Shown: positions 1 through 9,189, numbered from the stretch's first letter. The stretch: DNA of 64,000 bases from Candidatus Xenobia bacterium (GCA_045863235.1 BTUM01000002.1:64001-128000), one strand, 5' to 3'. Notes: a model not told the origin generated them from the sequence alone. A program made the numbers and translations.

Positions 1-582
1 CTCGAGCCCAGCTCGGGCAGCATCCAGATCGAAGGCCTGGACATCGCCTGCCAGCGCTCGCGGGCTCTCAGCCGCACCAATTTCGCGGCTGTCTACGCCC
101 CCCTTCCGGGTAACCTCACGGTGGAGCAGAATCTCCAGGTTTTCGGCCTGCTGTACGAGGTCAAAGGGCTGCAGCAGCGACTGGAGGTCTTGCTCGAGCG
201 TTTCGACCTGATGAAATTCCGCCGCACCCGCTGCGGACTGCTCTCCTCGGGCGAGCATACTCGGGTGTGCCTGGCCAAAGCGATGCTCAACGAGCCTCAC
301 CTGCTGCTTCTCGACGAGCCTACCGCCTCACTCGACCCCTCGACAGCCCGCGAGGTTCGCCAGCAGATTCGAGATTTTGCAGCCCAGGGCTCGGGCGGCG
401 TGCTGTGGACCTCGCACAACATGTACGAGGTCGAGGACGTGTGCCACCGGGTGCTCTTTCTCTCGCGGGGAAAGATCTTGCTCGAGGGCGATCCGCGCAC
501 CTTGCCCTCCGAGCACGGCAAGGCCAATCTGGAAGAGCTGTTCATCACCGTGGCCCGCGAGCCACTCTCGCTGGAGGCCTGA
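1..582 (+). CDS. ABC transporter ATP-binding protein (5' truncated by window edge)
   Basis: Frame is open from base 1. Signature-like LSSGE, Walker B LLLLDEPT and H-loop TSH are present. Confidence 0.92.
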   Translation, partial: LEPSSGSIQIEGLDIACQRSRALSRTNFAAVYAPLPGNLTVEQNLQVFGLLYEVKGLQQRLEVLLERFDLMKFRRTRCGLLSSGEHTRVCLAKAMLNEPHLLLLDEPTASLDPSTAREVRQQIRDFAAQGSGGVLWTSHNMYEVEDVCHRVLFLSRGKILLEGDPRTLPSEHGKANLEELFITVAREPLSLEA

Positions 583-1385
583 TGTCCCTCTCGCGGGTCT
601 GGGCCATCGTGCTGCGCCAGCTCTACCTGATGAAGGGCAGCCCGTCGCGACTCATGCCCCTCTTCTTATGGGTGGCGATCGACATCGTGCTGTGGGGCTT
701 CATCTCCCGCTTTCTCAACTCGGTCTCCCATTCCGGCATGGATTTCGTGCCCACCTTGCTGGGGGCGGTGTTGCTGTGGGATTTCTTCGCCCGGGTCATG
801 CAGGGGGTCACCATCGCCTTCTTCGAGGACATCTGGTCGCGCAATTTCCTGAACCTGTTCTGCTCACCCCTCTCCGTGCCGGAGTATGTGGCCGGTCTTG
901 TGGTGACGAGCATTGCCACCAGTCTGGTCGGGCTGCTGGTCATGCTGCTGATGAGCAGCGCGATCTTCGGTCTGTCCTTCTTCAGCTACGGACTGGCCCT
1001 GATCCCCTTTCTCCTGGTCCTCTTCGTCTTCGGCCTGGCGCTGGGAATTTTCGCCTGTGGAATCGTGCTGCAATTGGGGCCCTCGGCCGAGTGGTTCATC
1101 TGGCCCATTCCCGGCATGCTCTCCCCCTTCGCCGGGGTTTTCTACCCCCTGGCCACGCTCCCCCAGTGGATGCAGTGGATCGCGCACCTGCTGCCCCCCT
1201 CCTACGTCTTCGAGGGGATGCGAGCGGTGGTGGCCGGGGGCGGGATCCAGACCAGCGAGTTGGGCATCGCCACCTCGCTGGTGCTCGTCTACCTGCTGGG
1301 GGCCTGCTGGTTCTTCACCACTATCTACCGCCGGTCCGTCCGCAGCGGGCGCCTGGCTCGCTATAACGCCGAGGGATCAAGCTGA
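582..1385 (+). CDS. ABC-2 type transporter permease
   Basis: ATG at 582 overlaps the upstream TGA. About six hydrophobic segments and an ABC-2 motif (GVFYPLATLPQWMQWIAHLLPPSY). Confidence 0.9.
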   Translation: MSLSRVWAIVLRQLYLMKGSPSRLMPLFLWVAIDIVLWGFISRFLNSVSHSGMDFVPTLLGAVLLWDFFARVMQGVTIAFFEDIWSRNFLNLFCSPLSVPEYVAGLVVTSIATSLVGLLVMLLMSSAIFGLSFFSYGLALIPFLLVLFVFGLALGIFACGIVLQLGPSAEWFIWPIPGMLSPFAGVFYPLATLPQWMQWIAHLLPPSYVFEGMRAVVAGGGIQTSELGIATSLVLVYLLGACWFFTTIYRRSVRSGRLARYNAEGSS

Positions 1386-1397
1386 GCGCGAAAGTCT

Positions 1398-1433
1398 TTT
1401 ACACCAAGTTCACAGCTGTTACATCCGTGTAAC
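1398..1433 (+). promoter_or_regulatory. Candidate transcription factor site: spaced TTTACA/TTCACA/GTTACA repeats plus GTTACA-N4-TGTAAC palindrome
   Basis: Three related hexamers at about 10-bp spacing (1398, 1409, 1418). The last one forms an inverted repeat with 1428-1433. The region is AT-rich and lies upstream of the NlpC/P60 gene. Confidence 0.45.
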
Positions 1434-1499
1434 CTGGAAAAAACAACCGGCGCGGCCAGAACCGTTAGTCTGACAGCAAGACCCCGGGCGGAGGAAAAC

Positions 1500-2423
1500 T
1501 TGAGCATCGACCAGACCCAGAAGATCTCCGAGCTGGCAGCGACCTGCTGCGAGGGCCTGGCAGCGGCCAATTACGCGGTTCCCCAGGCAGCCCTCAACCG
1601 CATCCAGGGGGGGGCAAGCTCGGACAACACCGCACTGGCCGCCCTGCAGCCAGCGGACGGATTCTCGGGGGCAAGCTCCAGGGAAGCCAGTGGGAGCTTC
1701 GAGTTTGCGAACAATTTCGCGGCCAACTTTGCCAACCTGTTCGACGCTCCCGGATCAGGAAACACTTCACACCCCGGCGAGAGCGCTCCAGGAACCGGCA
1801 CGCAGGACCGGACCTCCAAACCGGGCGAGCCGGCCCCCGAAACCGGAAACGACACCACCTCCAAGCCCGGCGCACCGCGCCGTCGTCGCCGCTCGAGCGG
1901 CAGCCGGCGCTCGCGACGCAGTTCCACCCGAGCCCGAGGCACGAGCCGCTCCAGTCGTTCCGGTCGCTCTCGCCGCGGACAGCGTTCTCAGCGCGCCCAG
2001 GGCACCCGGAGCAGCCGCGGAGCAGGTTTGCCCAGTCCGCCCCTGACCGGCAATCGCACCGCCGACGCCGCCATCGGGTGGAACGGTCGTAACTTCAAAG
2101 CTGGCCAGACGAAGCGCTGCGCCGATTTCGTTTCTTCGGTGCTGCGCCAGACGGGCACGGCTCCGCGCGGATTTCAGCACCAGAACTCGGTGGCAGGCCT
2201 GGCCAATTATGGCCGCGCCATCCAGCGTGGCGAACTGCGCCCGGGCGACGTGGTGATGTTCGGCAACACTTACCGCCGCGGACAGTACACCCACACCGGC
2301 ATCTACGTCGGCAACGGCCAGTTCGTGCATCGTCCCACCGCCAACGCTCCGGTGCGCATCGACAGCCTGAATCAGGGATACTACAGCGGTAAGTACACCG
2401 GGGCCCGCCGCATGCAAGAGTAG
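1500..2423 (+). CDS. NlpC/P60 (C40) peptidase with long low-complexity N-terminus
   Basis: GGAGG RBS precedes TTG. C-terminal CADFVSSV ... LRPGDVVMF ... HTGIYVGNGQFVH motifs give a Cys-His-His triad. Confidence 0.88.
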   Translation: MSIDQTQKISELAATCCEGLAAANYAVPQAALNRIQGGASSDNTALAALQPADGFSGASSREASGSFEFANNFAANFANLFDAPGSGNTSHPGESAPGTGTQDRTSKPGEPAPETGNDTTSKPGAPRRRRRSSGSRRSRRSSTRARGTSRSSRSGRSRRGQRSQRAQGTRSSRGAGLPSPPLTGNRTADAAIGWNGRNFKAGQTKRCADFVSSVLRQTGTAPRGFQHQNSVAGLANYGRAIQRGELRPGDVVMFGNTYRRGQYTHTGIYVGNGQFVHRPTANAPVRIDSLNQGYYSGKYTGARRMQE

Positions 2424-2498
2424 GCCGGGTTGAATCTGCTTCCACGTCACTAGCTGTCGTTCACCCTCCTTAGACTCAGGTCAAGGAGGTACGAACCC

Positions 2499-2882
2499 GT
2501 GAGCAATGATCCGGCCGCCCAATTCTGGACTCCCCGTCTGGCCGCGCAAGGCACCGTGCCGGTCGCGCGCGCCTTTCTCGAGGCCTATCCCCGGCTGCAG
2601 TTGACCGCCTCCGAGGCGCTGCTGGTCCTCTTCCTGGTAGCCTTCAAAGGGCACCGAGAGCACGCTGACACCAGTCTGGCTCACCTGAGTCGGTCCCTGG
2701 GCGTGGATGCCCGCACGGTGCGGAGCTGGGCCAGCCGGCTGGAAGGGCGGGGACTCTTGCAGCGGGTGATTCGGCGCCAGGGGCACGGGCGCGAGCAGAC
2801 CAACCTGTGGGATCTGAACCCCCTGTTCCAGGCCCTGGAGAATTTCGAGCCCCGGCACAGCCTTTCCGGCTGCGCTTCTTAG
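2499..2882 (+). CDS. Winged-helix protein, DnaD N-terminal-like
   Basis: AAGGAGG RBS. Pattern VPVARAFLEAYPRLQLTASEALLVLFL ... SLAHLSRSLGVDARTVRSWASRLEGRGLL ... WDLNPLF. Confidence 0.65.
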   Translation: MSNDPAAQFWTPRLAAQGTVPVARAFLEAYPRLQLTASEALLVLFLVAFKGHREHADTSLAHLSRSLGVDARTVRSWASRLEGRGLLQRVIRRQGHGREQTNLWDLNPLFQALENFEPRHSLSGCAS

Positions 2883-5005
2883 GGTTCCTCCGGCTGCGGT
2901 GCCGGCTCTGGCTCCACCGGTGCAGGCTCCGGCTCCGGCTCAGCCGGTGCCGGCTCGCTTACCGGCTCCGCCACCGGCTCGCCGACGGGAAGCTCGTCCA
3001 GAGGGGTAGGCTCGAGCAACGGCTCGGGCTCGTTGACCACCGGCACGGGCTCGGGGTCGGGAAGAACGCTGGGAGTACTGCGCGGAACCGGTCGGGCCGG
3101 GGCTGGACGACTCCAGGTCGGCTGCACGACGCGGCCCGGGCGGGCCACCGGGCCAGGCTCGGGAATGCGAGGCGGCGCCTTCACATCCGGCACTTTCGCT
3201 CCCGGTGGACGTCCGACAATGCGATGCCAGGCCAGTTGCACGTCCCGGGCCACCGGCACGGCCACCTCGCCTCCGTAGCCGCCCGATTTCTCCAGAAAGA
3301 CCACCACCACCAGGTCGGGTGTCTGGTAAGGCGCAAAGCTCACGAACCAGGTGTGGTTGCGGCCCTCCGGGTTGTCGGCGCTGGGCAGGTTCTCCACCGT
3401 GCCGGTCTTGCCGGCGATCTCGAGCTCCCACACGTTGGCGCGCACCGAGGTGCCATACTGGACGGCGCCACGCATCCCGGCCCGAATGCGCTTCCAGGCT
3501 ACCAACGGGGCGTTCACGTAGCGCACGACCTGGGGCTCGAGGCTGCGCACGGTCTTGTCGCCGTCCTTGACCTGCTGTACCAGGTAGGGCCTGACCACCC
3601 CGCCATCGGTGGCTGCCGCCGCTGTGACCACCGCCATCTGCAGGGGCGTCACGGTCAAAAAGCCCTGTCCGATGGACATGTTGGCATCATCGCCGGCAAA
3701 CCACTTCTCCCTGACATGTTTGAGCTTCCACTCCTCGTCGGGCAGGTTGCCGCCCACTTCGCCGGGCAAGTCCACCCCGGTCGGCGCTCCCAGGCCGAAC
3801 TCGCGAGCGGACTGGCCGATGCGCTTGCCGGTCAGCTTCAGGCCGAGCCCGTAGTAGGCCACGTCGCACGAATGGGCCAGCGTGTCCTCGAAGCTGAGCC
3901 AGCCGTGTCCAGAGCGCACGAAGCAGTTGAAAGGAACCTCACCGATCTGCATCATTCCCTGGCAATAGAAGCGAGAATCGGGCTTGATCAGGTTCTCAGC
4001 GAAGGCGGCCGCCGAGGTGATCAGCTTGAAGGTTGAGGCGGGAGGATAAGTGCCCGACAAGGCCCGGTTCAGCAGAGGGGCGGCCGGATCGCGCAGGAGC
4101 AAGGTGAAGCGCCGGCTCGAGATGCCTCCTGCAAACCAGCCCGGATCGTAGCCGGGCAGGCTGGCCATGGCCCGGATCTTGCCGGTGCGCGCCTCCATAG
4201 CCACGACCACCCCGCCGGTGCGCTCGCCGTTGCGCCAGCGCAGCTCGTTCAGAGCCTGTTGCAGGCTATCCTCGGCCACCTTCTGAAGCTCGGCGTCCAG
4301 GGTCAGCACCAGGTCGCGACCCGGGCGGGGAGTGATCTCCTCGAGCTCTTGCACGGGGCGTCCAGAAACGTCCACCAGCACCACCCGCCGGCCGGACAGT
4401 CCCCGCAGGTCATCCTCCCAGGATGCCTCCAGGCCGTCCTTTCCCACCCAGTCGCCCGGCTCGTACTTGCGGTGGGACTGGCTCAAGGTCAGCTCGTCCA
4501 CCTCCCCCACCTGGCCCAGCACGTGACAGGCCAGGCTGCCCAGCGGGTACTCGCGTACCGGAAAGACCTCCAGCCGGCTGCCGGGAATGCGACCCTGGGC
4601 TTCGGCCAGACGAGCCAGCTGGCGGGGGTTGAGCCGGTCGGAGACGACCACGGGCTCGATGGGAGCAGCCTGTACTTTGCGTACCAGCTCGCGCACCTGG
4701 GCCGGCTTGAGCTCAGCCAGTCTAGCCAGCTCGCGCACGGTGCCGGTGGGGTCGTTGAGGCTGGCGGCCATAATGGTGAAGACCAGGTGAGCCCGATTGC
4801 GCACCAGGACGCGCCCGCGACAATCATAGACGTTGCCTCGGGGGGCCTGAACGGGCAGCGAGCGCACGATGTTCTCCTGAGCCATGGCTCCCAGCACCTG
4901 GCCCCGCCAGGCCTGCAGATACAGGAGGCGCAAAGCCAGCAAGGCAAACACCAGCAGCAAACAGCGGTAGAGCCAGCCCAGTCGGCGCGTGTAGGCCAGG
5001 GTCAC
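2879..5005 (-). CDS. mrdA: Penicillin-binding protein 2 (class B transpeptidase) with Pro/Glu-rich tail
   Basis: N-terminal TM, APRGNVYD, GKDGLE, SxxK (ASTFK), SCD and KTG motifs. Follows mreD. Start moved to GTG 5005, which overlaps the mreD stop. Confidence 0.93.
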   Translation of the reverse strand: MTLAYTRRLGWLYRCLLLVFALLALRLLYLQAWRGQVLGAMAQENIVRSLPVQAPRGNVYDCRGRVLVRNRAHLVFTIMAASLNDPTGTVRELARLAELKPAQVRELVRKVQAAPIEPVVVSDRLNPRQLARLAEAQGRIPGSRLEVFPVREYPLGSLACHVLGQVGEVDELTLSQSHRKYEPGDWVGKDGLEASWEDDLRGLSGRRVVLVDVSGRPVQELEEITPRPGRDLVLTLDAELQKVAEDSLQQALNELRWRNGERTGGVVVAMEARTGKIRAMASLPGYDPGWFAGGISSRRFTLLLRDPAAPLLNRALSGTYPPASTFKLITSAAAFAENLIKPDSRFYCQGMMQIGEVPFNCFVRSGHGWLSFEDTLAHSCDVAYYGLGLKLTGKRIGQSAREFGLGAPTGVDLPGEVGGNLPDEEWKLKHVREKWFAGDDANMSIGQGFLTVTPLQMAVVTAAAATDGGVVRPYLVQQVKDGDKTVRSLEPQVVRYVNAPLVAWKRIRAGMRGAVQYGTSVRANVWELEIAGKTGTVENLPSADNPEGRNHTWFVSFAPYQTPDLVVVVFLEKSGGYGGEVAVPVARDVQLAWHRIVGRPPGAKVPDVKAPPRIPEPGPVARPGRVVQPTWSRPAPARPVPRSTPSVLPDPEPVPVVNEPEPLLEPTPLDELPVGEPVAEPVSEPAPAEPEPEPAPVEPEPAPQPEEP

Positions 5006-5484
5006 GCCGTCCTCCGGCGCCAGAGACGGCGCTCGCGCACCGGGCTCGGTCGCAGCAACAAGAACCAGAAGACCAGGTTCATGAACAATGCTCCCGGGAA
5101 CCAGAGCTGCACCCGCAGCGGGCTGGGCTCGGCCCAGACACCCAGCCCGGCCACGCCCAGGGCCACCGCCAGTGTGCCCGTGCTGATCAGGAGCGCGGGA
5201 ACCACAGGCCCGGCCCGTGGCAGGCTCTGGCCAACCAGTCCCAGCATCAGGCCCGTCCAACCATATACGGCCACGAAAATGCCTGCCAGCCCGGGGCCCA
5301 ACAGGGCCATCCCAAGTCCCCCGGCTACTCCCAGGCCAGCGCACAGGATGGGGGACGCCCTGCGCCAGGTGGCCTGCACCAGGGCCAGCAGCAGCGGATC
5401 GGGGCGAGGAAAGCCAGTCGGCCACAGGGTCAGCACCCAGTAGCCTGCCAGAGCGCCCAGAAGATATCGCCAGAAACGGCTCAA
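5002..5484 (-). CDS. mreD: Rod shape-determining protein MreD (divergent)
   Basis: 160-aa multi-TM protein between mreC and mrdA, with a PDPLLLALV motif. Confidence 0.7.
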   Translation of the reverse strand: MSRFWRYLLGALAGYWVLTLWPTGFPRPDPLLLALVQATWRRASPILCAGLGVAGGLGMALLGPGLAGIFVAVYGWTGLMLGLVGQSLPRAGPVVPALLISTGTLAVALGVAGLGVWAEPSPLRVQLWFPGALFMNLVFWFLLLRPSPVRERRLWRRRTA

Positions 5485-6272
5485 GGCCGGCGACCTACCA
5501 GCAAAACCTCGTGCAGACGCCCGAAGTCCGCTTCAGGACGAACCTGCACCGATTGAAACAGGGCTTCGGTGCGGCCGTAATTGCGCACCACCCGGCCCAC
5601 GACCAGCCCGCGCGGAAAGACGTCTCCCAGGCCCGAGGTGAGCACCCGCTCCCCCTCCTTGACGGCTACCGAGTGGTCCAGGAAGCGCACCGTACAGTTG
5701 TAGCCCGACTCGCCGTAAAGAATGCCCACCGCTTTGGAATGCTCGAGCATGACCGGAACGGCGCTGTTGGGGTCGAGCAGGAAACGCACCCGGGCCGAAG
5801 AGTCGGCCACGGCCACCACCCGGCCCACCAGGCCCTGGGGAACCAGAACCACCATATCCGGGGCCACTCCCTGGCGGCTGCCGCGATCCACGACCACCTC
5901 CGAGAACCAGCTCGAGGGATCGCGGGCCGCCACACGGGCCACCACGCCCTCCGACAGGCGGTCCTGACGCAACTCGAGCAAGCTGGACAGGCGGGCGTTC
6001 TCCTCCTCGACCGCCCGCGAGCGGGCCTGCTCGGCTTCCAACTCGAGCACTCGTTGGCGCAGGGCTTCATTCTCGCGAGCCAGCCGGCTCTGGGAACGAA
6101 AGAAGGCACCCAATCCGGCACTGAGCTGGTGACCGGCCTCCAACACGGGAGCCTGATAGGGAGCCAGGCGCAGCCCGAGACCGCCGCCAGCCCAGCCAAG
6201 ACGAAGCTGCATGAAAGCCAGCAGGGCGGCCACCACGCCTACCGCCAGAGCAGTCAGGAGGGCCGGACGCAC
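5481..6272 (-). CDS. mreC: Rod shape-determining protein MreC
   Basis: TM, coiled coil (ENEALR, ENARLSSLL), VVDRGSRQGV, GLVGRV and TSGLGDVFPRGLVVG. Confidence 0.93.
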   Translation of the reverse strand: MRPALLTALAVGVVAALLAFMQLRLGWAGGGLGLRLAPYQAPVLEAGHQLSAGLGAFFRSQSRLARENEALRQRVLELEAEQARSRAVEEENARLSSLLELRQDRLSEGVVARVAARDPSSWFSEVVVDRGSRQGVAPDMVVLVPQGLVGRVVAVADSSARVRFLLDPNSAVPVMLEHSKAVGILYGESGYNCTVRFLDHSVAVKEGERVLTSGLGDVFPRGLVVGRVVRNYGRTEALFQSVQVRPEADFGRLHEVLLVGRRP

Positions 6273-6275
6273 GCC

Positions 6276-7301
6276 CTAGCCGCGCTCGTAGCCGCCCAGC
6301 ACCGTGCGCAGAAGGCGCGGGTCGGAGAAGAGCCGGGCTGCTCCGAGGGCGACGCAGCTCATCGGTTCCGCGACCCGCTGACAGCGCACTCCGGTCACCT
6401 GGGTGATCAGCTCGTCCAGCCCCGAAAGCAAGCTGCCGCCTCCGCACAGGGCCAGGCCGCCTTCCATCACCTGGCCGACCTGGTCGGGCGGGGTGGACTC
6501 CAACACCGACTTGACCAGTTGGGCGATCTCACCCGTGATCGGCTGCAGCACGCCGGCGATTTCATTGCAGTCGAGCGTGACCGACCGGGGCAGGCCGCTG
6601 TGCATGTCCCGACCTCGAATCGAGCTGTGGTTCGGCTCCGGCCGGGGTAGAGCGGCTCCGGCAGCCATCTTCAGGTTCTCGGCCGAGCGCTCGCCCACGA
6701 TCAGGTTGTGACGATGACGCAGGTAGCTGACCAGGGCCAGGTCCATCCGGTCGCCGGCCGCGCGAATGCAGTTGGAGGCGACCAGGGAGCCAGCCGAGAT
6801 GACGGCAGCCTGAGAGGAGCCACCGCCCACGTCCACCACCATGCAGGCCCGAGCCTCCTGCACCGCCAGCCCGGCCCCGATGGCGGCCAGCAGGGGCTGG
6901 GGCAAGAGGTCGACGGCGCGAGCTCCGGCGTCGCGCACGGCGTCGGAGACGGCCTGGCACTCCACGTCGGTCGCGTCGGCCGGAACCCCCACCAGCACTC
7001 GCGGCCGAATGACGCCGTGGGAGCGAACCTGCTGCAAGGCGTGGTTGAGAAGCACCTGGGCCATTTCGTAGTCAGCGATGGCGCCGTCGCGCACGGGGCG
7101 GACGATCTGGATGTGGGCCGGGACCCGGCCCTGCATGCGGCGGGCCTTCTGGCCCACGGCCACCACCCTGCGCTCGCGTCGATCGACGGCCAGATAGCTG
7201 GGCTCGTTCCAGCAGATGCCTCGATTGCGCTGCGAGACGGGCGTGTTGGCCGTGCCCAGGTCGATGCCCACGTCCGGGGCCAGCTTGCTCAGCAAGCCCA
7301 T
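6276..7301 (-). CDS. mreB: Rod shape-determining protein MreB (divergent)
   Basis: GIDLGTANT, VRPVRDGAIAD, VVDVGGG and CGGGSLL motifs. Directly upstream of mreC. Confidence 0.9.
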   Translation of the reverse strand: MGLLSKLAPDVGIDLGTANTPVSQRNRGICWNEPSYLAVDRRERRVVAVGQKARRMQGRVPAHIQIVRPVRDGAIADYEMAQVLLNHALQQVRSHGVIRPRVLVGVPADATDVECQAVSDAVRDAGARAVDLLPQPLLAAIGAGLAVQEARACMVVDVGGGSSQAAVISAGSLVASNCIRAAGDRMDLALVSYLRHRHNLIVGERSAENLKMAAGAALPRPEPNHSSIRGRDMHSGLPRSVTLDCNEIAGVLQPITGEIAQLVKSVLESTPPDQVGQVMEGGLALCGGGSLLSGLDELITQVTGVRCQRVAEPMSCVALGAARLFSDPRLLRTVLGGYERG

Positions 7302-7910
7302 CTAGCGACCCTCCAGGCAGTCGAGACCGTGCTCTTTGAGCAGCCGGTAGACTCGGCTGACGGGCAGACCCACCACGTTGAAGTAGTCGCCCTCGATGCG
7401 CTCGATCAGGAGGCTGCCCAGTCCCTGGGCGCCGTACGCGCCGGCTTTGTCCATCGGCTCGCCGCTGGCGACGTAAGCGCGGATCTGGCCGGCCGTGAGC
7501 GGGTGGAAGGTCACGCGAGTGATCTCGTGCAGGGTGGCCAGGACCTCGTCAGAGCGGACCAGGGCCACGCCGGTGTAGACGCGGTGCTCGCGTCCGGCCA
7601 GACGGCTGAGGATGGCCACCGCCTCCTCCTCGTCGCGCGGCTTGGAGAGCACCTCGCCCTCCAGCCAGACCAGCGTGTCGGCGCCCAGCACCAGGGCCTG
7701 ACCGGAGCTTCTTCGAGCCACCTCTTGAGCTTTGCAGCGGGCCAGCTTCTCCACGAAGGGACCGGCCTCGCGCTCGGACAGCCGTTCGACCTCCTCCTCC
7801 TCGAAGCCCGATGCCTGCACGGCAAAGGGCAGCCCGACCCGAGCCAGCAGCTCGCTGCGGCGGGGAGAGGCGGAGGCCAGGATCAGCTCAGGGCGAACTC
7901 CGGCAGACAT
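7302..7910 (-). CDS. maf: Maf family nucleoside triphosphate pyrophosphatase
   Basis: LILASASPRR, GADT, KP, DKAGAYG and NVVGLP motifs. Confidence 0.95.
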   Translation of the reverse strand: MSAGVRPELILASASPRRSELLARVGLPFAVQASGFEEEEVERLSEREAGPFVEKLARCKAQEVARRSSGQALVLGADTLVWLEGEVLSKPRDEEEAVAILSRLAGREHRVYTGVALVRSDEVLATLHEITRVTFHPLTAGQIRAYVASGEPMDKAGAYGAQGLGSLLIERIEGDYFNVVGLPVSRVYRLLKEHGLDCLEGR

Positions 7911-7918
7911 TGCGGCGC

Positions 7919-7947
7919 ATTATAGCATGGGCCCACCGGGGGCACAA
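7919..7947 (-). promoter_or_regulatory. sigma70-type promoter of the maf-mreBCD-mrdA operon (likely leaderless)
   Basis: Minus strand reads TTGTGC-N17-TATAAT with an extended TGn. The maf ATG lies 8 nt downstream and has no RBS. Confidence 0.75.
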
Positions 7948-8037
7948 GCGAACGTCCACAACCTGCGCGGACGGTCCTCGAGGGCCTCTGCGTTCGCTGG
8001 AAGAGGTTCCTCTGAGGGCCGGGCGAAGCGACGAGGC

Positions 8038-9189
8038 ATGCCGAGCACCATCTCCGACCTTTCTTTCCCAGCCGAAGGCGTCTTCGAGGTGCACGTCCAC
8101 CTCGGAGGCGCGGTGCCGATTCATCGCCTCTACGAGTCGGCCGTCGACCGCGGGATTCGTCTGCCCGTGCAGACCTATGACGAGTTCGCCGACCTTTTGC
8201 ACCGACGCAGCGACAATTCGGGCTCGCTGGAGAAGTATCTCGAGATCTACGAGGTCGCCGAGCGCATCCAGAGCGGCCCGCAGGCACTCCGCGAGAGCGT
8301 TCTGATCGCCTTGAACGGAGCGGCCCGCACCGGGGGCTCCACCCGGGTGGCGGCCGAGGGGGAGGCCCTGGTGCCCCTGCCTCAGCGGCTTCCCCTGACG
8401 GGCATCGAGCTGCGTCTCAATCCGCTCAAGCGCAACGGAGGCGGCATCTGGGACCTCGACCGGGTGATGCTGGCAGCCTGCTCGGGAGTCGAGGAGCTCC
8501 AGACCGCCTACAAAGGCCGCGTTCAGGCCGGGTTGATCGTGTGCCTGGGCCGCGATCTGCCGGACGAGCAGAACGAGATTTTGGCCCGCAAAACCGCCCT
8601 CTGGGCCTCCAAGGGACTGCCCGTGGTGGGAGTCGATCTGGCCGGTCCCGAGTCGGCGAACCCCCTCAGCGACCCGGCCAGCCTGCGCAGAATGGCCGAG
8701 TTCTTCGAGACCGCCTCGGTGGGTCGCACCGTGCATTGCGGAGAGACCCGCAGCATCAACCTGGAGACCTTCCTGGCCACCGTTCGCGAGTTGAGGCCCC
8801 ACCGCATCGGGCACCCTCTGGCGGCGGCCCGCGCCCTCTGGGAGGACGGCGACGACAGGGGCCTGCGCATGTTGGCCGAGCGAGGGATCGTGGCCGAGTT
8901 GTGCGTGGTGTCCAACCTGCTTACCCGGGCAGTCGAGAACGTGGAGCAGTACGGACGTCTGCTCAAGACCCTGGACGACTACGGAATCGAGTACTGCTTC
9001 AGCACCGATGCGCCGGCGCTGCAGAAGAGCACCCTGGCCAGCGAGTTGGAGCTCTTGCTCTCGCGCGGGGCGGCCACTCTGGAGCAGTTGGAGCGATCGC
9101 TGGTCAGCGCCGCCCGCTGCACCTTCCTCCCCCGTCAGGGAGCTCCCCGCCGTCGCAGCAGCGATCAGAGCGTGGTGTCGATGAGCTGA
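8038..9189 (+). CDS. Adenosine deaminase-family amidohydrolase
   Basis: EVHVHLGG, GVDLAGPE, VHCGE, HRIGH, ELCVVSN and STDAP motifs. Confidence 0.85.
   Translation: MPSTISDLSFPAEGVFEVHVHLGGAVPIHRLYESAVDRGIRLPVQTYDEFADLLHRRSDNSGSLEKYLEIYEVAERIQSGPQALRESVLIALNGAARTGGSTRVAAEGEALVPLPQRLPLTGIELRLNPLKRNGGGIWDLDRVMLAACSGVEELQTAYKGRVQAGLIVCLGRDLPDEQNEILARKTALWASKGLPVVGVDLAGPESANPLSDPASLRRMAEFFETASVGRTVHCGETRSINLETFLATVRELRPHRIGHPLAAARALWEDGDDRGLRMLAERGIVAELCVVSNLLTRAVENVEQYGRLLKTLDDYGIEYCFSTDAPALQKSTLASELELLLSRGAATLEQLERSLVSAARCTFLPRQGAPRRRSSDQSVVSMS

Noticed and set aside
5006..5425. N-terminal extension of mrdA in the ORF track (similar extensions at 267, 7732, 23576, 39186 and 60276)
   Set aside because: These overlap neighbouring genes or promoter elements. 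Downstream starts fit family N-termini and translational coupling better.
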